From a virus, in IMG/VR virus record IMGVR_UViG_3300030399_000045, positions 1-39,408 of that record: a stretch of DNA of 39,408 bases. The stretch is one strand, 5' to 3'. Made by a program: the position numbers and the translations under genes. The notes below the pieces were generated by a model. The model had not been told where the DNA came from. It did not search any database and saw only the letters and a list, made by a program, of their open reading frames with translations. This document shows positions 31,954 through 39,408 of this stretch, piece after piece. The first letter of the stretch is position 1. Each line of letters begins with the position of its first letter.

Positions 31954-32039
31954 TCAAAATATCTGTGCTCTTTTTTGCTTCGAAAGAGTATATATTAATT
32001 TATGAATAATTTTTATAACTACAACCGTATAGGTGACTT

Positions 32040-32633
32040 ATGAACGATACGAAGAAACCAAAAGTAACCCACTCAATGGCAGAAAAAGAACTGGATAAAG
32101 TCCAGGAGCAATTCGATAAATTCGATGGTGAAATAAAAGAAATGACAATGGACAGGATGAATCTTGCCCCCAAACAGGATTTGGAACCACAAACCAAGAT
32201 TGCGCAATCCGATATTGCCAAGATGAATGATGTCTACATTAAACCTAAAAGAACAATATCGAGTAAAGAAAAGTTTAATGAAAAATATCGAAGCGAATAT
32301 GAATTTGCGAAAGAATATGTTTGTATCATAGCTGAGAATAAAGAAATGATTGGGGAAACATTAGAGTTTTGGTCTAAACCCTTTCCGGGAATGCCATGTG
32401 AAGAATGGGCAATTCCTTCTAACAAACCAGTTAACGTGCCCAGATATGTAGCAGAGCAGATTAAACGAAAATATTATCATAGATTGGTGATGAAAGAGAA
32501 TGTAACTACACAAGCTATGCATATGGGTCAGTTTTATGGATCAATGGCCGCGGATACAACAGTTCAGAGGCTGGATGCGATTCCAGTAAGCAATAGAAAA
32601 TCAATATTTATGGGTTCAAACAATTTTAATTAG
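32040..32633 (+). CDS. Hypothetical virion-module protein
   Basis: 197 aa with RBS AGGTGA. Confidence 0.55.
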   Translation: MNDTKKPKVTHSMAEKELDKVQEQFDKFDGEIKEMTMDRMNLAPKQDLEPQTKIAQSDIAKMNDVYIKPKRTISSKEKFNEKYRSEYEFAKEYVCIIAENKEMIGETLEFWSKPFPGMPCEEWAIPSNKPVNVPRYVAEQIKRKYYHRLVMKENVTTQAMHMGQFYGSMAADTTVQRLDAIPVSNRKSIFMGSNNFN

Positions 32634-32642
32634 GTGAATAAA

Positions 32643-32765
32643 ATGGCTAAGCATCATTTGTCAGAAAAAGACGAAAAAAAGGGTGGTAAAGACTCTCACA
32701 AACACATGAAAGAAAAAGTAATGGAAAAGATGAAAGAAAAAAAACACGAGAAAAAGAAAAAATAA
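32643..32765 (+). CDS. Highly basic 40-aa peptide
   Basis: Not in the ORF track. RBS AGGTGA. The stop overlaps the next ATG (TAATG). Confidence 0.35.
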   Translation: MAKHHLSEKDEKKGGKDSHKHMKEKVMEKMKEKKHEKKKK

Positions 32766-32974
32766 TGGATTGGATACATCTTCCTGAAAGAATGAATATG
32801 CCACGAGAAGATAAATCATATCTTGTGGCTTATTACATAAAAGAATGGAAAAAATACTCCAGTCCCACATTAGCTTATTGGATAGAGGCTGAAGGTAGAT
32901 TTTTCAGTGCGCATACTTATTCAGCTCATGCATTGCTTGTAGATGTATGGCTGGAAATTCCTGATTTATCGTGA
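32765..32974 (+). CDS. DUF551-like small protein
   Basis: MDWIHLPERMNMP...YWIE...VDVWLEIPDL fits the W-I-x-x-x-x-LP ... W-x-x-lP pattern, from memory. Confidence 0.4.
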   Translation: MDWIHLPERMNMPREDKSYLVAYYIKEWKKYSSPTLAYWIEAEGRFFSAHTYSAHALLVDVWLEIPDLS

Positions 32975-34208
32975 GGAACAATTGAATACACTGCAAAATG
33001 TCATCACATACGTCAGAAGGATTATTAAAACCCCTTCTGATGCTACAATAACAGATAATCTGATCATTGATTATATCAACAGATTCTGGATTATGGATGT
33101 CGATGCCCGGATGCAGTTATTCGACCTTAAAACCAAATATCAGTTTTTAACAACTCCCGGCGTCGATCAATACAATATGCCATTGTATGATTTGCAGATT
33201 GAGCCGGGTGCACAGTCAATCGCTTCCTATCCAGTTTATCAGGGATTCTTGCCACCTGTATTTATAGATGGTATTCAAGTACCATTCTACACCTTAAGAA
33301 GCGAATTTAACAATCTCTGGCCAAACTATACCCAGTATCAACAGCAAGTTGGAATAGGTGATGGGACTAATGGTCCTTACACACTCACCCTGCAATTTCT
33401 TACTGGCAATACATCTCCACCGTTACCATTCAGTCTTCCTTTATCAGCATGTATCATCAGAGGACATGTAGACATCACGGGGATAATAGCAAGTGGTGCA
33501 AACATCGATCCGCCAATTGGTGCAACAGATGGAAGCACAATACCTCTTATTCCAACCACAAGCGTTTATTCTGCGGTCTACTTCACTTCAACAGGTGCGG
33601 ATGGAACAAATATCGTTATAGCTGACAGTGGTCAATTCCTGGAAGAAAATCAGAATTATGGTTTGCTAATGGAACCGGGCAATGCTCCTTTTGGTAATAC
33701 TGGATTAACAGGTACGCCACTTCCTTATTATAGTACCACACAAAATACCATTAACTATTTTTCAGGAGTGGCACAAAATGTCTATTTTCCTGCTCCTATA
33801 CCTACTGGTATGCCGATTAATGCGCAATGTTATTATTACCAGCTTGGTTTACCTCGATCGTGTCTCTTTTTTAATAACATCATTACACTAAGGGCGCCTC
33901 CCAATACCCAATATGTCGTTGAATTGGATGCCTATTTATCACCAGCAGCATTCCTTTCTTCTTCTCAGGCATTGCCTTACGCATATATGTCAGAATATAT
34001 TGCCAGAGGCGCAGCGAGAAAAATCCTCTCAGACACTGGTGATACTGAACAATTCGTGTTTTATGAACCCTTATTCAGAGAACAGGAGCTTCTTGTATGG
34101 AAACGCAGTCAAAGACAATGGACGAGTACAAGAACGCAGACGATTTATTCTGGTGGGGGATTAAGTGGTGGAGTGGGATCTATTGGAAATGGCATAGGAA
34201 TCAACTAA
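32943..34208 (+). CDS. Tail structural protein (gp11/adaptor-like by position)
   Basis: 421 aa directly upstream of the large gp12-like protein. An alternative TTG start at 32982 lies 4 nt after GAGGA. Confidence 0.5.
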   Translation: MYGWKFLIYREEQLNTLQNVITYVRRIIKTPSDATITDNLIIDYINRFWIMDVDARMQLFDLKTKYQFLTTPGVDQYNMPLYDLQIEPGAQSIASYPVYQGFLPPVFIDGIQVPFYTLRSEFNNLWPNYTQYQQQVGIGDGTNGPYTLTLQFLTGNTSPPLPFSLPLSACIIRGHVDITGIIASGANIDPPIGATDGSTIPLIPTTSVYSAVYFTSTGADGTNIVIADSGQFLEENQNYGLLMEPGNAPFGNTGLTGTPLPYYSTTQNTINYFSGVAQNVYFPAPIPTGMPINAQCYYYQLGLPRSCLFFNNIITLRAPPNTQYVVELDAYLSPAAFLSSSQALPYAYMSEYIARGAARKILSDTGDTEQFVFYEPLFREQELLVWKRSQRQWTSTRTQTIYSGGGLSGGVGSIGNGIGIN

Positions 34209-34217
34209 AGGGCAAAT

Positions 34218-34868
34218 ATGTATCTAACTTATTATAATAATGTTCCAAACGCACCTGACGATCCAGCAGATGATCAGCCAGATATGCAGACTAACACTCT
34301 ATCCATCAGTACGCTAATTGCTGTCGATCATATTGGTTTCCAAAACGTCCAGGGTGGTTGGCATACAGTCATACATCAGACATTACAGAATGGAGATCCT
34401 GCAACAATTCAAGGAATAAATCAATTATATGCAAAAAATTATACTCCTGATTCCACTGTAACATCTACATCAACCCAGTTATTCATGAGATCCGGTCCAG
34501 CTGCTATGGCTGTAGTGGGTCAAATCTCACAAATAACAGGATTTTTTAATCAAAATACAAACTCTAGTGATGGTTGGCAATGGATTGGTGGTACACTTAT
34601 TCAATGGGGAAAGGTCACACAAACCTTTCCTACGGGAACTACAACAGGAATGGTAACTTTTAAGGATAGAGTACCCGGAGCAATTCCTTTTATGAATAAT
34701 TGTTTTGCTGTATTCACTACTCTTCAATTTTCAGCAGCTTCTTTACCAGGAGATACTGCAACAGTTAGTATACGACCAAGTACTTTGTCAAAGTTAATGT
34801 TTAATTGGGATGTGCGTGCAAGAGATAATTCTTATATTGGTTTTTATTGGGTTGCCATAGGAAATTAA
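34218..34868 (+). CDS. Tail structural protein
   Basis: 216 aa with RBS AAAGGG. Confidence 0.5.
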   Translation: MYLTYYNNVPNAPDDPADDQPDMQTNTLSISTLIAVDHIGFQNVQGGWHTVIHQTLQNGDPATIQGINQLYAKNYTPDSTVTSTSTQLFMRSGPAAMAVVGQISQITGFFNQNTNSSDGWQWIGGTLIQWGKVTQTFPTGTTTGMVTFKDRVPGAIPFMNNCFAVFTTLQFSAASLPGDTATVSIRPSTLSKLMFNWDVRARDNSYIGFYWVAIGN

Positions 34869-37823
34869 ATGCCAGATCAGATTTATATAGGAAATTTTCC
34901 TGGAGGCCAAACAACAAATCGCCAAGCCTATGTAATAAATAATAATTCTTTTGTCACTCTTTTCAACGCATATGCCTGGCGTGGTCAGGTCAAAAGAAAG
35001 CGTGGAACACTCTATTTAGGCAGACTCACAAGACAAATCCAGTCAGTTCCATCAGGTCCTTTATCATGGCAATTTGGCCCAATTACTCTTGTCGCTGGAT
35101 TTGTCAATCTATTTACTTTTATTGGTCTAACGCCATCTTTGGGTGCTTCCATCACTCCAGGTTCAATCACTTTCGTAGTAGGAGCAAATACCTATACCGA
35201 ATCAGTTCCATTCTCCGGTGTCCTTGTCGGCACTCCAGCTGGATCAGGAACAATTAATTATGCTACTGGTGATGTAACTATTACAGCAGGTGGCGCAGGT
35301 CCAATGATAGGAACCTTTGCATATTTCCCCAGTCAACCATCACTTGGCCTGGAAGATTTTTCATCCAGTGTAACTACTTTTCAATATCCCTCTCTCTTGG
35401 CATTCGATCAAACCTATAGTTATCAATGCAATCAGGCCGCCTCTAATGCTTTTTTCTTTTCGACAAGTTACTATAAGATATCCAATAATCCAGTAGCCTG
35501 GACAGGCCAAAATTATCAGCAATTCTGGACAACGAACTATTCTGGGGCATTATGGGCAACGAATAACAAGCCAGGATTCAATTTTAAACTTATCCAATCT
35601 ATTGTTTTCAATAGTCCCCAACAATTAACGATTACTGTTTTAAATACTGTTGGCGTAGCACCTGTTATAGTTGGAGATATGGTATGGACAAATGAGATAG
35701 TCACTAATTCGACAGTGAATGCAGTAGCTAAATTGGCTTCAGTGAATGGACAAACAGGAACCGTTTTCAGTGTAACTGAAGGGCCTCCTGGAACTTTTAC
35801 ACTTGTAGTTAATTTTCCCAATTCCATTATTATTGATCCAGCCGCAGGTGATGCGGGAAAAATCTATTCTGGTGGCATAATTCAATTGCTGACCAATTCT
35901 TTGAATCAGGGGGCCGCACAGGATGGAATTCGCTGGTATGATGGCGATCCAACTAGTGGAACAGGATTGCCAACCGGAACAGGTAAAGGATGGGTTAATT
36001 TCGCTCCTCCTTTGACCGCTACGGCAGTTTCAATAGATAAACATCCCATTGGTACATATTATCTTGTTGGCGCCCTGGCGATCCTTCCTTTTAAAAACAG
36101 GATTTTGTTTTTCTCACCATCTATTCAAACTTCCTCGGGATTATTCTTTACGTTGCAAGACTCAGTTTTGTGGTCATGGGACGGTACGCCCTATTATGCC
36201 GGATTAGTACCAGCTGGACAAACTTTTGATATTCGTGTCTATTACGTCGATCAGACGGGACTCGGTGGTTATTTGCCAGCAGGGATATCAAATCCAATAG
36301 CCACAATTAGCAATAACGAAGATGCATTGCTAATAGGATTCGGAGGAGACGGCAGGAAGACCCGTTTTGTCTTTAGTGGAAATGATCTTAATCCATTTAG
36401 TTTTTACTTTATCAATTCGGAAATGCCATCATCAGCGACATATTCAGCAGTGGCTTTTGATAGAGGTGTGATAGATATTGGACCTTATGGAATAGCTATA
36501 ACGGATCAGCAATCATGCCAAAGAATAGATCTGGATATTCCAGATAGCGTTTTCCAGATTCAATCACCCAATCACGGTGTTGAAAGAGTAAATGCCATCA
36601 GAGATTTTTTTAGGGAATGGATTTATTTTTCTTATCCTGTAAATGATAGTCAATGGGTTTATCCGACACAAACCTTTCTTTTCAATTATCGTGATAATAC
36701 ATGGGCCATTCTCTATGAGAATTTTACAGCACATGGAAATTATCGTGCTTCAACGAAAAGAACATGGCAGACGCTGCCTTTTAAAACCTGGCAACAATGG
36801 AGAGAGCCTTGGAATGCAGGATCAAGCTCACAATTATTTCCCGATATTATAGCCGGGACCCCTCAAGGTTTCGTCTTAATTACTTCCCAGGGAACTGGAG
36901 AAGCCCAGTCCGGAACCATATCTGCAATAACAAATATGGGTGGACTTACTCAAATCACTTCATTTGATCATTGTGTTACAGATAAGAATATCAATACTGA
37001 TACATCAGATTTTCTATATTTCAATGGGTTGATTGGCATTCTTAATTCCACGATTACAGGAATTACTCTTGGCGCTTCTACGATAATAACGACAACGAAT
37101 ACTTTTTCTACTGGTCAATTTGTGACACCAACAGGAATTATGGGAACTACTCAACTGAATAACAATTCTTATTTAGTCCTGGCAGCTACTGGAGCAAATG
37201 TTACTCTTGATGTGGATTCAACTTTATTCACTCCCTGGGCAGCAGGAGGCACTTTACAATTTTCTTTCAATGGATTAGTTGGAAAAGTACTTCAGATAAT
37301 AGATGCTAATAACTTCATTGTAGACTTGTTATTTCCTCCAGGTACTTATGTTGGAGGGGGCACATTTGCAAGGTTATCTCAGCCTTTAATCCAGACCAAG
37401 CAATTCCCTTTTTATTGGGAAATAGGAAGAAAGATCAGGCTTTCAGTGCAGAAATATTTATTCGATGCAACGGCCAATTCACAGATCACCGTAGATATTT
37501 ACTTAAGCCAGGACGGAGATAATGCATGGAATAATCAATTTAACAGTGGTGTTCCCAATGGTCTAATCTATTCTCAGACATTATTTACCTGTCCTGAAAG
37601 CACGAATATTGGATTAACTCCTGCTAATACAAATTTACAGATGCCTATAGCAGAGAGTCAGAAAGCGATATGGCATAGATTTAACACAAGCTTGATTGGC
37701 GATTCAGTGCAGATAGGATTTACTTTAAGTGATGCACAGATGAAAAATATCACCTATGCAACCTCAGAAATTGCATTACAGGGCATTGAGTTAACCGTCA
37801 ATCCAGGACCACATTTAGCATGA
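34869..37823 (+). CDS. Large tail protein (T7 gp12 tail-tubular-B/nozzle-like)
   Basis: 984 aa. The N-terminus (GNFPGGQTTNRQAYVINNNSF..LFNAY.WRGQVKRKRGT) parallels the gp12 N-terminal pattern, from memory. It has one copy of the beta-module (STIITTTNTFSTGQFVTPTG). Confidence 0.5.
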   Translation: MPDQIYIGNFPGGQTTNRQAYVINNNSFVTLFNAYAWRGQVKRKRGTLYLGRLTRQIQSVPSGPLSWQFGPITLVAGFVNLFTFIGLTPSLGASITPGSITFVVGANTYTESVPFSGVLVGTPAGSGTINYATGDVTITAGGAGPMIGTFAYFPSQPSLGLEDFSSSVTTFQYPSLLAFDQTYSYQCNQAASNAFFFSTSYYKISNNPVAWTGQNYQQFWTTNYSGALWATNNKPGFNFKLIQSIVFNSPQQLTITVLNTVGVAPVIVGDMVWTNEIVTNSTVNAVAKLASVNGQTGTVFSVTEGPPGTFTLVVNFPNSIIIDPAAGDAGKIYSGGIIQLLTNSLNQGAAQDGIRWYDGDPTSGTGLPTGTGKGWVNFAPPLTATAVSIDKHPIGTYYLVGALAILPFKNRILFFSPSIQTSSGLFFTLQDSVLWSWDGTPYYAGLVPAGQTFDIRVYYVDQTGLGGYLPAGISNPIATISNNEDALLIGFGGDGRKTRFVFSGNDLNPFSFYFINSEMPSSATYSAVAFDRGVIDIGPYGIAITDQQSCQRIDLDIPDSVFQIQSPNHGVERVNAIRDFFREWIYFSYPVNDSQWVYPTQTFLFNYRDNTWAILYENFTAHGNYRASTKRTWQTLPFKTWQQWREPWNAGSSSQLFPDIIAGTPQGFVLITSQGTGEAQSGTISAITNMGGLTQITSFDHCVTDKNINTDTSDFLYFNGLIGILNSTITGITLGASTIITTTNTFSTGQFVTPTGIMGTTQLNNNSYLVLAATGANVTLDVDSTLFTPWAAGGTLQFSFNGLVGKVLQIIDANNFIVDLLFPPGTYVGGGTFARLSQPLIQTKQFPFYWEIGRKIRLSVQKYLFDATANSQITVDIYLSQDGDNAWNNQFNSGVPNGLIYSQTLFTCPESTNIGLTPANTNLQMPIAESQKAIWHRFNTSLIGDSVQIGFTLSDAQMKNITYATSEIALQGIELTVNPGPHLA

Positions 37824-38299
37824 ATACTAATATTCAACGCGGCCCTTATTTACGTGATCAAAGAAAATTTCCTGTCGAAATCAAGCTATTGAGCCGCCAG
37901 GTTGATGAAGCCTATATAGATATAGCAGCGACCGTGAATGCGAGAACGATAGGAATATTTTCCGATAACTTCATGATGGTGACCGGAGAATCCTGGTATT
38001 TGCAAGGTCAACCTCAGAAACAACAGACATTGAGGGAAGTGTATCAGTTTAGCGATGCTCTTTTGGCGATACCAACAGGAATCAATTTCAATTCGATAAC
38101 GAACTTTACGCGGATTTACGGTACTTTCTTTGATGGCACTTACTGGCAAGCTTTGCCTTATGTCGATGTGCTTCTTGTCACGAATCAAATTGGCGTGAAG
38201 GTTGATCCTGTAAGTGGTAATATAATAGTAACTAAAGGGGCATCAGCTCCAGCGATTCAGAATGGTTTGATTGTACTTGAATGGCTTTCACAATTTTAG
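37820..38299 (+). CDS. Hypothetical structural protein
   Basis: 159 aa with an ATGA overlap. Confidence 0.55.
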   Translation: MNTNIQRGPYLRDQRKFPVEIKLLSRQVDEAYIDIAATVNARTIGIFSDNFMMVTGESWYLQGQPQKQQTLREVYQFSDALLAIPTGINFNSITNFTRIYGTFFDGTYWQALPYVDVLLVTNQIGVKVDPVSGNIIVTKGASAPAIQNGLIVLEWLSQF

Positions 38300-38307
38300 G
38301 AGGAAAT

Positions 38308-39027
38308 ATGGCTTCATCAGATATGGGCATTTACGGATTTAAAAAATCATCCGGTAGCAAAAGAGGAAATTGGGAAGGGGATATCATGCCCGAAGGATAT
38401 TCAATGGGTCAAATCCAGCAATATGATCCCCAACAAATGGAGTTATATGGAAATTCACATAAGCATTTGGGGTCTGATAGCTATCTTTCCAAATTGGCTG
38501 GCGGAGATCAGGGGATCTTTGATGAAATTGAAGCCCCAGCTTGGAGGGATTTGCAGGAAGCTCAAGGAGGTCTCGCCTCAAGATTTAGCGGAATGGGAAT
38601 GGGTGGTAGAGGAAGTGCATTCCAGAACGCTGCAACCCAGCAATCCAGTGATTTTGCGATGAAGCTACAAGCACAAAGACATAATTTACGAAGCCAGGCT
38701 ATAAAAGATCTTATGGGGTTGAGTAGTGATTTGCTTGATAAACGGCCTTATGAAAGATTTAGAGTTGAGGACCCTGAAGATGAAGGAGTCAACTGGACGG
38801 GAATAGCTGGCGGGGTATTAGGAGGGGTCGGAGGATTCTTTGCCACGGGAGGTAATCCAATGGGAGCATTTGCTGGAGCTAGCACGGGTTATAATATTGG
38901 ATCAGGTTTTAGTGGTAGAAAAGGAAATGGACAGACTAATGACTATTCACCATTCATTAACCAGAACAAAGTCCAATCAGGTGGAATCTCAACAGGAAGT
39001 TCAGGCACAAGCACATATGGAGGGTAA
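38308..39027 (+). CDS. Gly-rich virion protein (internal protein candidate)
   Basis: The ATG at 38308 follows TAGGAGGAAAT. It has Gly-rich segments (GMGMGGRGS and GIAGGVLGGVGGFFATGGNPMGAFAGA). Confidence 0.55.
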   Translation: MASSDMGIYGFKKSSGSKRGNWEGDIMPEGYSMGQIQQYDPQQMELYGNSHKHLGSDSYLSKLAGGDQGIFDEIEAPAWRDLQEAQGGLASRFSGMGMGGRGSAFQNAATQQSSDFAMKLQAQRHNLRSQAIKDLMGLSSDLLDKRPYERFRVEDPEDEGVNWTGIAGGVLGGVGGFFATGGNPMGAFAGASTGYNIGSGFSGRKGNGQTNDYSPFINQNKVQSGGISTGSSGTSTYGG

Positions 39028-39029
39028 AT

Positions 39030-39408
39030 ATGACAGATACTATTAAAGCAAAAAGAAAGCCATCAACTGCGCAGAGATTCAATGAAGTGATCAATCGTGG
39101 GATGGAAGAACTGGGAAATTATCGCCAGCAACAGGTTCAACAATTGCAGATGAATCAACGAAATAAAGCTCTCCAGCAATTAACTGGTCAGGATTTATCG
39201 GGTCTTTCAGATGATCAACAGAATCTTGCTGTTAAATATTCCATGGAAAATCAAAATCAGCGCATGAAATATGAAAATGATCAAAGACAAAAAGCTAATG
39301 AGCTTCAGGGTAAGCAAAAAGAAAAAGCGTTTGAACTTGAGGGAAAGAAAAAGGAAGCTTTAGCTCCATTTGAAGCAGGGTTGGAAACGATTGATCAAAT
39401 GAGAAAGA
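39030..39408 (+). CDS. 5' part of the junction-spanning 254-aa ORF
   Basis: The ATG at 39030 comes 2 nt after the previous stop. There is no stop before the window end, and it is in phase with 1..513. Confidence 0.6.
   Translation, partial: MTDTIKAKRKPSTAQRFNEVINRGMEELGNYRQQQVQQLQMNQRNKALQQLTGQDLSGLSDDQQNLAVKYSMENQNQRMKYENDQRQKANELQGKQKEKAFELEGKKKEALAPFEAGLETIDQMRK
39282..39408. repeat. Terminal direct repeat, copy 2
   Basis: Identical to nt 1-127. Confidence 0.97.

Overview
The window is one complete, circularly closed genome of a tailed dsDNA phage. The first and last 127 bp are identical, so the unit length is 39,281 bp and the linear cut falls inside a gene. It is AT-rich and tightly packed with about 90 mostly short genes. 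These have Shine-Dalgarno RBSs, many ATGA/TAATG coupled junctions and host sigma70-type promoters.

Modules, all called by eye from motifs and synteny:
- Leftward early/recombination operon (9677 down to 6365), including an ERF annealing protein and a YqaJ exonuclease.
- Divergent switch region (9782-9853) with a Cro-like HTH gene.
- GGGACA iteron cluster next to an AT-rich tract (putative ori), followed by a replication-initiator-like gene and a SpoVG-like gene. The same operon carries a PD-(D/E)xK nuclease, a small lipoprotein and a ParB-domain/DPPY methyltransferase fusion.
- Leftward block of small unknown genes (17683 down to 15341).
- Packaging and structural genes: terS, terL, portal, scaffold, major capsid, tail-tube-like proteins and putative internal virion proteins. 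The last of these wrap across the junction. Two fibre genes follow at 3813-5895.

The structural gene order is T7-like, but I saw no phage RNA or DNA polymerase and no recognisable endolysin.

The standout is the major capsid gene (27676-30259). It is interrupted by three small, mutually paralogous, ORF-less group I-type introns. Each has its own P1 guide pairing, and the P7 stems covary between them. The gene is interrupted a fourth time by a self-contained LAGLIDADG homing-endonuclease cassette, which has its own promoter and RBS but no detectable ribozyme core. How capsid exons 2 and 3 are joined, or whether the capsid protein is made in two pieces, is unresolved.

An uninterrupted, diverged copy of the capsid segment that spans one intron site sits about 0.9 kb upstream, in a patchwork of repeat-flanked mini-genes. 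A second recombination scar duplicates the 3' end of terL.

No rRNA, tRNA or CRISPR array was recognised.
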